Shown one piece after another: positions 1-11,100 of a stretch of DNA of 64,000 bases. Below the pieces are notes generated by a model, which saw only the letters and a program-made list of their open reading frames with translations, was not told the DNA's origin and ran no database searches. A program made the position numbers and the translations under genes. The DNA is taken from assembly GCA_964016885.1 (NCBI GenBank), contig OZ024744.1, positions 47,058,001-47,122,000 of the forward strand, given 5' to 3'. The stretch's first letter is position 1, and every line of letters starts with the position of its first letter. Source of the DNA: Eledone cirrhosa (Eukaryota).

Positions 1-3000
1 CAGTGTCTTTCACACGTCCACTTTACAGTGTGGGCTGGGTGCTTTTTGCTGTGTCTTTCACACGTCCACTTTACAGTGTAGGCTGGGTGCTTTTTGCTGT
101 GTCTTTCACATGTCCACTTTACAGTGTGGGCTGGGTGCTTTTTGCTGTGTCTTTAACATGTCCACTTTACAGTGTGGGCTGGGTGCTTTTTGCAGTGTCT
201 TTCACACGTCCACTTTACAGTGTGCGCTGGGTGCTTTTTGCTGTGTCTTTCACACGTCAACTTTACAGTGTGGGCTGGGTGCTTTTTGCTGTGTCTTTCA
301 CATGTCCACTTTACAGTGTGGGCTGGGTGCTTTTTGCTGAGTCTTTCACACATCCACTTTACAATGTGGGCTGGGTGCTTTTTGCTGTGTCTTTCACACG
401 TCCACTTTACAGTGTGGGCTGGGTGCTTTTTGCTGTGTCTTTCACATGTCCACTTTACAGTGTGGGCTGGGTGGTTTTTGCTGTGTCTTTCACATGTCCA
501 CTTTATAGTGTGGGCTGGGTGCTTTTTGCAGTGTCTTTCACACGTCCACTTTACAGTTTGGGCTGGGTGCTTTTTGCTGTGTCTTTCACATGTCCACCTT
601 ACAGTGTGGGCTGGGTGCTTTTTGCTGTGTCTTTCACATGTCCAATTTACAGTGTGGGCTGGGTGCTTGTTGCTGTGTCTTTCTCACGTCCACTTTACAG
701 TGTGGGCTGGGTGCTTTTTGCTGTGTCTTTCACATGTCCACTTTACAGTGTGGACTGGGTGCTTTTTGCAGTGTCTTTCACACGTCCACTTTACAGTGTG
801 GGCTGGGTACTTTTTGCTGTGTCTTTCACATGTCCACTTTACAGTGTGGGCTGGGTGCTTTTTGCTGTGTCTTTCACATATCCACTTTAGAGTGTGGGCT
901 GGGTGCTTTTTGCTGAGTCTTTCACACGTCCACTTTACAATGTGGGCTGGGTGCTTTTTGCTGTGTCTTTCACACGTCCACTTTACAGTGTGGGCTGGGT
1001 GCTTTTTGCTGTGTCTTTCACATGTCCACTTTACAATGTGGGCTGGGTGCTTTTTGCTGTGTCTTTCACATGTCCACTTTACAGTGTGGGCTGGGTGCTT
1101 TTTGCTGAGTCTTTCACACATCCACTTTACAATGTGGGCTGGGTGCTTTTTGCTGTGTCTTTCACACGTCCACTTTACAGTGTGGGCTGGGTGCTTTTTG
1201 CTGTGTCTTTCACATGTCCACTTTACAGTGTGGGCTGGGTGCTTTTTGCTGTGTCTTTCACATGTTCACTTTATAGTGTGGGAGGGGTGCTTTTTGCAGT
1301 GTCTTTCACACGTCCACTTTACAGTGTGGGCTGGGTGCTTTTTGCTATGTCTTTCACATGTCCACCTTACAGTGTGGGCTGGGTGCTTTTTGCTGTGTCT
1401 TTCACATGTCCAATTTACAGTGTGGGCTGGGTGCTTGTTGTTGTGTCTTTCTCACGTCCACTTTACAGTGTGGGCTGGGTGCTTTTTGCTGTGTCTTTCA
1501 CATGTCCACTTTACAGTGTGGACTGGGTGCTTTTTGCAGTGTCTTTCACACGTCCACTTTACAGTGTGGGCTGGGTGCTTTTTGCTGTGTCTTTCACATG
1601 TCCACTTTACAGTGTGGGCTGGGTGCTTTTTACTGTGTCTTTCACATGTCCACTTTACAGTGTGGGCTGGGTGCTTTTTGCTGTGTCTTTCACATGTCCA
1701 CTTTACAGTGTGGGCTGGGTGCTTTTTGCTGTGTCTTTCACATGTCCAATTTACAGTGTAGGCCGGGTGCTTTTTGCAGTGTCTTTCACACGTCCACTTT
1801 ACAGTGTGGGCTGGGTGCTTTTTGCTGTGTCTTTCACACGTCCACTTTACAGTGTAGGCTGGGTGCTTTTTGCTGTGTCTTTCACATGTCCACTTTACAG
1901 TGTGGGCTGGGTGCTTTTTGCTGTGTCTTTCACATGTCCACTTTACAGTGTGGGCTGGGTGCTTTTTGCTGTGTCTTTCACATGTCCACTTTACAGTGTG
2001 GGCTGGGTGATTTTTGCTGTGTCTTTCACATGTCCACTTCACAGTGTGGGCTGGGTGCTTTTTACAGTGTCTTTCACACGTCCACTTTACAGTGTGGGCT
2101 GGGTGCTTTTTGCTGTGTCTTTCACACGTCCACTTTATAGTGTGGGCTGGGTGCTTTTTGCTGTGTCTTTCACAAGTCCACTTTACATTGTGGGCTGGGT
2201 GCTTTTTGCTGTGTCTTTCACATGTCCACTTTACAATGTGCGCCGGGTGCTTTTTGCTGTGTCTTTCACATATCCACTTTACAGTGTGGGCTGGGTGCTT
2301 GTTGTTGTGTCTTTCTCACGTCCAATTTACAGTGTGGGCTGGGTGCTTTTTGCTTTGTCTTTCACACGTCAACTTTACAGTGTGGGCTGGGTGCTTTTTG
2401 CTGTGTCTTTCACACGCCAACTATACAGTGTGGGCTGGGTGCTTTTTGCTGTGTCTTTCACATATCCACTTTACAGTGTGGGCTGTGTGCTTTTTGCAGT
2501 GTCTTTCACACGTCCACTTTACAGTGTGGGCTGGGTGATTTTTGCTGTGTCTTTCACGCGTCCACTTTACAGTGTGGGCTGGGTGCTTTTTGCTGTGTCT
2601 TTCACATATCAACTTTACAGTGTGGGCTGGGTGCTTTTTGCAGTGTCTTTCACACGTCCACTTTACAGTCTGGGCTGTGTGCTTTTTGCAGTGTCTTTCA
2701 CACGTCCACTTTACAGTGTGGGCTGGGTACTTTTTGCTGTGTCTTTCACATGTCCACTTTACAGTGTGGGCTGGGTGCTTTTTGCTGTGTCTTTCACATA
2801 TCCACTTTAGAGTGTGGGCTGGGTGCTTTTTGCTGAGTCTTTCACACGTCCACTTTACAATGTGGGCTGGGTGCTTTTTGCTGTGTCTTTCACACGTCCA
2901 CTTTACAGTGTGGGCTGGGTGCTTTTTGCTGTGTCTTTCACATGTCCACTTTACAATGTGGGCTGGGTGCTTTTTGCTGTGTCTTTCACATGTCCACTTT

Positions 3001-4850
3001 ACAGTGTGGGCTGGGTGCTTTTTGCTGAGTCTTTCACACATCCACTTTACAATGTGGGCTGGGTGCTTTTTGCTGTGTCTTTCACACGTCCACTTTACAG
3101 TGTGGGCTGGGTGCTTTTTGCTGTGTCTTTCACATGTCCACTTTATAGTGTGGGCTGGGTGCTTTTTGCAGTGTCTTTCACACGTCCACTTTACAGTTTG
3201 GGCTGGGTGCTTTTTGCTGTGTCTTTCACATGTCCACCTTACAGTGTGGGCTGGGTGCTTTTTGCTGTGTCTTTCACATGTCCAATTTACAGTGTGGGCT
3301 GGGTGCTTGTTGCTGTGTCTTTCTCACGTCCACTTTACAGTGTGGGCTGGGTGCTTTTTGCTGTGTCTTTCACATGTCCACTTTACAGTGTGGGCTGGGT
3401 GCTTTTTGCAGTGTCTTTCACACGTCCACTTTACAGTGTGGGCTGGGTGCTTTTTGCTGTGTCTTTCACATGTCCACTTTACAGTGTGGGCTGGGTGCTT
3501 TTTACTGTGTCTTTCACATGTCCACTTTACAGTGTGGGCTGGGTGCTTTTTGCTGTATCTTTCACATGTCCACTTTACAGTGTGGGCTGGGTGCTTTTTG
3601 CTGTGTCTTTCACATGTCCAATTTACGGTGTAGGCTGGGTGCTTTTTGCAGTGTCTTTCACACGTCCACTTTACAGTGTGGGCTGGGTGCTTTTTGCTGT
3701 GTCTTTCACATGTCCACTTTACAGTGTAGGCTGGGTGCTTTTTGCTGTGTCTTTCACATGTCCACTTTACAGTGTAGGCTGGGTGCTTTTTGTTGTGTCT
3801 TTCACATGTCCACTTCGCAGTGTGGGCTGGGTGCTTTTTGCTGTGTCTTTCACATGTCCACTTTACAGTGTGGGCTGTGTGCTTTTGCTGTGTCTTTCAC
3901 ATGTCCACTTTACAGTGTGGGCTGGGTGCTTGTTGCTGTGTCTTTCTCACGTCCACTTTACAGTGTGGGCTGGGTGCTTTTTGCTGTGTCTTTCACATGT
4001 CTACTTTACAGTGTGGGCTGGGTGCTTTTTTCAGTGTCTTTCACACGTCCACTTTACAGTGTGGGCTGGGTGCTTTTTGCTGTGTCTTTCACACGTCCAC
4101 TTTACAGTGTAGGCTGGGTGCTTTTTGCTGTGTCTTTCACATGTCCACTTTACAGTGTGGGCTGGGTGCTTTTTGCTGTGTCTTTAACATGTCCACTTTA
4201 CAGTGTGGGCTGGGTGCTTTTTGCAGTGTCTTTCACACGTCCACTTTACAGTGTGCGCTGGGTGCTTTTTGCTGTGTCTTTCACACGTCAACTTTACAGT
4301 GTGGGCTGGGTGCTTTTTGCTGTGTCTTTCACATGTCCACTTTACAGTGTGGGCTGGGTGCTTTTTGCTGAGTCTTTCACACATCCACTTTACAATGTGG
4401 GCTGGGTGCTTTTTGCTGTGTCTTTCACACGTCCACTTTACAGTGTGGGCTGGGTGCTTTTTGCTGTGTCTTTCACATGTCCACTTTACAGTGTGGGCTG
4501 GGTGGTTTTTGCTGTGTCTTTCACATGTCCACTTTATAGTGTGGGCTGGGTGCTTTTTGCAGTGTCTTTCACACGTCCACTTTACAGTTTGGGCTGGGTG
4601 CTTTTTGCTGTGTCTTTCACATGTCCACCTTACAGTGTGGGCTGGGTGCTTTTTGCTGTGTCTTTCACATGTCCAATTTACAGTGTGGGCTGGGTGCTTG
4701 TTGCTGTGTCTTTCTCACGTCCACTTTACAGTGTGGGCTGGGTGCTTTTTGCTGTGTCTTTCACATGTCCACTTTACAGTGTGGACTGGGTGCTTTTTGC
4801 AGTGTCTTTCACACGTCCACTTTACAGTGTGGGCTGGGTGCTTTTTGCTG
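1..4850. repeat. Duplicated blocks: about 1-800 recurs at +4031 (84 monomers minus 1 bp); about 770-1200 recurs at +1920 (40 monomers)
   Basis: Private variants CTTTAACATG (151/4182), TGTGCGCTGG and GTGGTTTTTG (471/4502) recur at +4031, and ORFs 153..353 and 4184..4384 are identical. TCCACTTTAGAG occurs at 881 and 2801, and ORF starts 894/2814 differ by 1920. Confidence 0.88.
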
Positions 4851-7800
4851 TGTCTTTCACATGTCCACTTTACAGTGTGGGCTGGGTGCTTTTTACTGTG
4901 TCTTTCACATGTCCACTTTACAGTGTGGGCTGGGTGCTTTTTGCTGTGTCTTTCACATGTCCACTTTACATTGTGGGCTGGGTGCTTTTTGCTGTGTCTT
5001 TCACATGTCCAATTTACAGTGTAGGCTGGGTGCTTTTTGCAGTGTCTTTCACACGTCCACTTTACAGTGTGGGCTGGGTGCTTTTTGCTGTGTCTTTCAC
5101 ACGTCCACTTTACTGTGTAGGCTGGGTGCTTTTTGCTGTGTCTTTCACATGTCCACTTTACAGTGTGGGCTGGGTGCTTTTTGCTGTGTCTTTCACATGT
5201 CCACTTCGCAGTGTGGGCTGGGTGCTTTTTGCTGTGTCTTTCACATGTCAACTTTACAGTGTGGGCTGTGTGCTTTTGCTGTGTCTTTCACATGTCCACT
5301 TTACAGTGTGGGCTGGGTGCTTGTTGCTGTGTCTTTCTCACGTCCACTTTACAGTGTGGGCTGGGTGCTTTTTGCTGTGTCTTTCACATGTCTACTTTAC
5401 AGTGTGGGCTGGGTGCTTTTTTCAGTGTCTTTCACACGTCCACTTTACAGTGTGGGCTGGGTGCTTTTTGCTGTGTCTTTCACATGTCCACTTTACAGTG
5501 TGGGCTGGGTGATTTTTGCTGTGTCTTTAACATGTCCACTTTACAGTGTGGGCTGGGTGCTTTTTGAAGTGTCTTTCACACGTCCACTTTACAGTGTGGG
5601 CTGGGTGCTTTTTGCTGTGTCTTTCACACGTCAACTTTACAGTGTGGGCTGGGTGCTTTTTGCTGTGTCTTTCACATATCCACTTTACAGTGTGGGCTGT
5701 GTGCTTTTTGCAGTGTCTTTCACACGTCCACTTAACAGTGTGGGCTGGGTGATTTTTGCTGTGTCTTTCACATGTCCACTTTACAGTGTGGGCTCGGTGC
5801 TTTTTGCAGTGTCTTTCACACGTCCACTTTACAGTGTAGGCTGGGTGCTTTTTGTTGTGTCTTTCACATGTCCACTTTACAGTGTGGGCTGGGTGCTTTT
5901 TGCTGTGTCTTTCACATATCCATTTTACAGTGTGGGCTGGGTGCTTTTTGCTGAGTCTTTCACACGTCCACTTTACAGTGTGGGCTGGGTGCTTTTTGCT
6001 GTGTCTTTCACACGTCCACTTTACAGTGTGGGCTGGGTGCTTTTGCTGTGTCTTTCACATGTCCACTTTACAATGTGGGCTGGGTGCTTTTTGCTGTGTC
6101 TTTCACATGTCCACTTTACAATGTGAGCTGGGTGCTTTTTGCTGTGTCTTTCACATGTCCACTTTACAGTGTGGGCTGGGTGCTTTTTTCAGTGTCTTTC
6201 ACATGTCCACTTTACATTGTGGGCTGGGTGCTTGTTGCTGTGTCTTTCTCACGACCACTTTACAGTGTGGGCTGGGTGCTTTTTTCAGTGTCTTTCACAT
6301 GTCCACTTTACAGTGTGGGCTGGGCGCTTTTTGCAATGTCTTTCAAACGTCAACTTTACAGTGTGGGCTGGGTGCTTTTTACTGTGTCTTTCACATGTCC
6401 ACTTTACAGTGTGGGCTGGGTGCTTGTTGCTGTGTATTTCTCACGTCCACTTTACAGTGTGGGCTGGGTGCTTTTTGCTGTGTCTTTCACATGTCCACTT
6501 TACAGTGTGGGCTGGGTGCTTTTTTCAGTGTCTTTCACACGTCCACTTTACAGTGTGGGCTGGGTGCTTGTTGCTGTGTCTTTCTCACGTCCACTTTACA
6601 GTGTGGGCTGGGTGCTTTTTGCTGTGTCTTTCACATGTCCACTTTAAGTGTGGGCTGGGTGCTTTTTTCAGTGTCTTTCACACGTCCACTTTACAGTGTG
6701 GGCTGGGTGCTTTTTGCTGTGTCTTTCACATATCCACTTTACAGTGTGGGCTGGGTGCTTTTTGCTGTGTCTTTCACATGTCCACTTCACAGTGTGGGCT
6801 GGGTGCTTTTTGCTGTGTCTTTCACATGTCCACTTTACAATGTGGGCTGCGTGCTTTTTGCTGTGTCTTTCACATGTCCACTTTACAATGTGGGCTGGGT
6901 GCTTTTTGCTGTGTCTTTCACATGTCTACTTTACAGTTTGGGTTGAGCGCTTTTTGCAGTGTCTTTCACACGTCCACTTTACAGCGTGGGCTGGGAGCTT
7001 TTTGCTGTGTCTTTCACATGTCCACTTTACAGTGTGGGCTGGGTGCTTTTTGCTGTGTCTTTTACATGTCCACTTCACAGTGTGGGCTGGGTGCTTTTTG
7101 CTGTGTCTTTCAGATGTCCACTTTACAATGTGGGCTGGGTGCTTTTTGCTGTGTCTTTCACATGTCCACTTTACAATGTGGGCTGGGTGCTTTTTGCTGT
7201 GTCTTTCACATGTCCACTTTACAGTGTGGGCTGGGCGCTTTTGGCAGTGTCTTTCACACGTTAACTTTACAGATTGGGCTGGGTGCATTTTACTGTCTCT
7301 TTCACATGTCCACTTTACAGTGTGGTCTGGGTGCTTTTTGCTGTGTCTTTCACATGTCCACTTTACAGTGTGAGCTGGGTGTTTTTGCTGTGTCTTTCAC
7401 ATGTCCACTGTACAGTATGGGCTGGGTGCATTTTGCAGTGTCTTTCACACGTCCACTTTACAGTGTGGGCTGGGTGCTTTTTGCTGTGTCTTTCACACGT
7501 ACACTTTACAGTGTGGGCTGGGTACTTTTTGCTGTGTCTTTCACATGTCCACTTTACAGTGTGGGCTGGGTGCTTTTTGCTGTGTCTTTCACATGTCCAC
7601 TTTACAATGTGCGCCTTGTGCTTTTTGCTGTGTCTTTCACATGTCCACTTTACAGTGTGGGCTGGGTGCTTGTTGCTGTGTCTTTCACATGTCCACTTTA
7701 CAGTTTGGGTTGAGCGCTTTTTGCAGTGTCTTTCACACGTCAACTTTACAGTGTGGGCTGGGTGCTTTTTACTGTGTCTTTCACATGTCCACTTTACAGT

Positions 7801-8139
7801 GTGGGCTGGGTGCTTTTTGCTGTGTCTTTCACATGTCCACTTTACAGTGTGGGCTGGGTGCTTTTTGCAGTGTCCTTCACACGTCCACTTTACAGTGTGG
7901 GCTGGGTGCTTTTTGCTGTGTCTTTCACACGTCCACTTTACAGTGTGGGCTGGGTGCTTTTTGCCGTGTCTTTCACATGTCCACTTTACAGTGTGGGCTG
8001 TGTGCTTTTTGCAGTGTCTTTCACACGTCAACTTTACAGTGTGGGCTGGGTGCTTTTTGCTGTGTCTTTCACATGTCCACTTTACAGTGTGGGCTGGGTG
8101 CTTTTTGCTGTGTCTTTCACATGTCCACTTTACAGTGTG

Positions 8140-11100
8140 GGCTTGGTGCTTTTTTCAGTGTCTTTCACATGTCCACTTCACGGTGTGGGCGGGGTGCTTT
8201 TTGCTGTGTCTTTCACATGTCCACTTTACAATGTGGGCTGGGTGCTTTTTGCTGTGTCTTTCAAATGTCCACTTTACAATGTGGGCTGGGCACTTTTTGC
8301 AGTGTCTTTCAAACGTCAACTTTACAGTGTGGGCTGGGTGCTTTGTACTGTGTCTTCCATATGTCCACTTTACAGTGTGGGATGGGTGCGTTTTGCTGTG
8401 TCTTTCACATGTCCACTTTACAGTGTGGGCTGGGTGCTTTTTGCATTGTCTTTCACACGTCCACTTTACAGTGTGGGCTGGGTACTTTTTGCTGTGTCTT
8501 TCACACGTCCACTTTACAGTGTAGGCTGGGTGCTTTTTGCTGTGTCTTTCACATGTCCACTTTACAATGTAGGTTGGGTGCTTTTTGCTGTGTCTTTCAC
8601 ATGTCCACTTTACAGTGTGGGCTGGGTGCTTGTTGCTGTGTCTTTCTCACGTCCACTTTACAGTGTGGGCTGGGTGCTTTTTGCTGTGGCTTTCACATGT
8701 CCACTTTACAGTGTGGGCTGGGTGCTTTTTGCTGTGTCTTTCACATGTCCACTTTATAGTGTGTGCTGTGTGCTTTTTGCTGTGTCTTTCACATGTCCAC
8801 TTTACAATGTGAGCTGGGTGCTTTTTGCTGTGTCTTTCACATGTCACTTTACAGTGTGGGCTGGGTGCTTGTTGCTGTGTCTTTCACACGTCCACTTTAC
8901 ATTGTGGGCTGGGTGCTTGTTGCTGTGTCTTTCTCACGTCCACTTTACAGTGTGGGCTGGGTGCTTTTTGCTGTGTCTTTCACATGTCCACTTTACAGTG
9001 TGGGCTGGGTGCTTTTTTCAGTGTCTTTCACATGTCCACTTTACAGTGTGGGCTGGGCGCTTTTTGCAGTGTCTTTCAAACGTCAACTTTACAGTGTGGG
9101 CTGGGTGCTTTTTACTGTGTCTTTTCACATGTCCACTTTACAGTGTGGGCTGGGTGCTTGTTGCTGTGTCTTTCTCACGTCCACTTTACAGTGTGGGCTG
9201 GGTGCTTTTTGCTGTGTCTTTCACATGTCCACTTTACAGTGTGGGCTGGGTGCTTTTTTCAGTGTCTTTCACACGTCCACTTTACAGTGTGGGCTGGGTG
9301 CTTGTTGCTGTGTCTTTCTCACGTCCACTTTACAGTGTGGGCTGGGTGCTTTTTGCTGTGTCTTTCACATGTCCACTTTACAGTGTGGACTGGGTGCTTT
9401 TTGCAGTGTCTTTCACACGTCCACTTTACAGTGTGGGCTGGGTGCTTTTTGCTGTGTCTTTCACATGTCCACTTTACAGTGTGGGCTGGGTGCATTTTAC
9501 TGTGTCTTTCACATGTCCACTTTACAGTGTGGGCTGGGTGCTTTTTGCTGTGTCTTTCACATGTCCACTTTACAGTGTGGGCTGGGTGCTTTTTGCTGTG
9601 TCTTTCACATGTCCACTTTACAGTGTGGGCTTGGTGCTTTTTTCAGTGTCTTTCACATGTCCACTTCACGGTGTGGGCGGGGTGCTTTTTGCTGTGTCTT
9701 TCACATGTCCACTTTACAATGTGGGCTGGGTGCTTTTTGCTGTGTCTTTCAAATGTCCACTTTACAATGTGGGCTGGGCGCTTTTTGCAGTGTCTTTCAA
9801 ACGTCAACTTTACAGTGTGGGCTGGGTGCTTTGTACTGTGTCTTCCATATGTCCACTTTACAGTGTGGGATGGGTGCGTTTTGCTGTGTCTTTCACATGT
9901 CCACTTTACAGTGTGGGCTGGGTGCTTTTTGCATTGTCTTTCACACGTCCACTTTACAGTGTGGGCTGGGTACTTTTTGCTGTGTCTTTCACACGTCCAC
10001 TTTACAGTGTAGGCTGGGTGCTTTTTGCTGTGTCTTTCACATGTCCACTTTACAATGTAGGCTGGGTGCTTTTTGCTGTGTCTTTCACATGTCCACTTTA
10101 CAGTGTGGGCTGGGTGCTTGTTGCTGTGTCTTTCTCACGTCCACTTTACAGTGTGGGCTGGGTGGTTTTTGCTGTGGCTTTCACATGTCCACTTTACAGT
10201 GTGGGCTGGGTGCTTTTTGCTGTGTCTTTCACATGTCCACTTTATAGTGTGGGCTGTGTGCTTTTTGCTGTGTCTTTCACATGTCCACTTTACAATGTGA
10301 GCTGGGTGCTTTTTGCTGTGTCTTTCACATGTCACTTTACAGTGTGGGCTGGGTGCTTGTTGCTGTGTCTTTCACACGTCCACTTTACATTGTGGGCTGG
10401 GTGCTTGTTGCTGTGTCTTTCTCACGTCCACTTTACAGTGTGGGCTGGGTGCTTTTTGCTGTGTCTTTCACATGTCCACTTTACAGTGTGGGCTGGGTGC
10501 TTTTTTCAGTGTCTTTCACATGTCCACTTTACAGTGTGGGCTGGGCGCTTTTTGCAGTGTCTTTCAAACGTCAACTTTACAGTGTGGGCTGGGTGTTTTT
10601 ACTGTGTCTTTTCACATGTCCACATTACAGTGTGGGCTGGGTGCTTGTTGCTGTGTCTTTCTCACGTCCACTTTACAGTGTGGGCTGGGTGCTTTTTGCT
10701 GTGTCTTTCACATGTCCACTTTACAGTGTGGGCTGGGTGCTTTTTTCAGTGTCTTTCACACGTCCATTTTACAGTGTGGGCTGGGTGCTTGTTGCTGTGT
10801 CTTTCTCACGTCCACTTCACGGTGTGGGCGGGGTGCCTTTTGCTGTGTCTTTCACATGTCCACTTTACAATGTGGGCTGGGTGCTTTTTGCTGTGTCTTT
10901 CAAATGTCCACTTTACAATGTGGGCTGGGCACTTTTTGCAGTGTCTTTCAAACGTCAACTTTACAGTGTGGGCTGGGTGCTTTGTACTGTGTCTTCCATA
11001 TGTCCACTTTACAGTGTGGGATGGGTGCGTTTTGCTGTGTCTTTCACATGTCCACTTTGCAGTGTGGGCTGGGTGCTTTTTGCATTGTCTTTCACACGTC

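Noticed and set aside
30-90. G-quadruplex potential from GGGCTGGG
   Set aside because: There are only two G3 tracts per monomer and the next pair is 40 nt away, so it does not fit a canonical G4 motif.
1-96. Phased A/T-tract DNA curvature
   Set aside because: T-tract spacings of about 13, 14 and 21 bp and a 48-bp period (about 4.6 turns) are not consistently in helical phase.
105-118. p53 half-site or E-box (TCACATGTCC, CACATG) as regulatory sites
   Set aside because: It is an 8/10 half-site with no adjacent second half-site, and a 6-bp E-box is expected by chance. There is no promoter context.
6121-6135. Immunoglobulin switch-region resemblance (GGGCT/GAGCT pentamers, about 49-bp period of S-gamma)
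   Set aside because: AGCT appears only as a minor variant, the strand is T-rich rather than G-rich, and the array is far longer than known switch regions.
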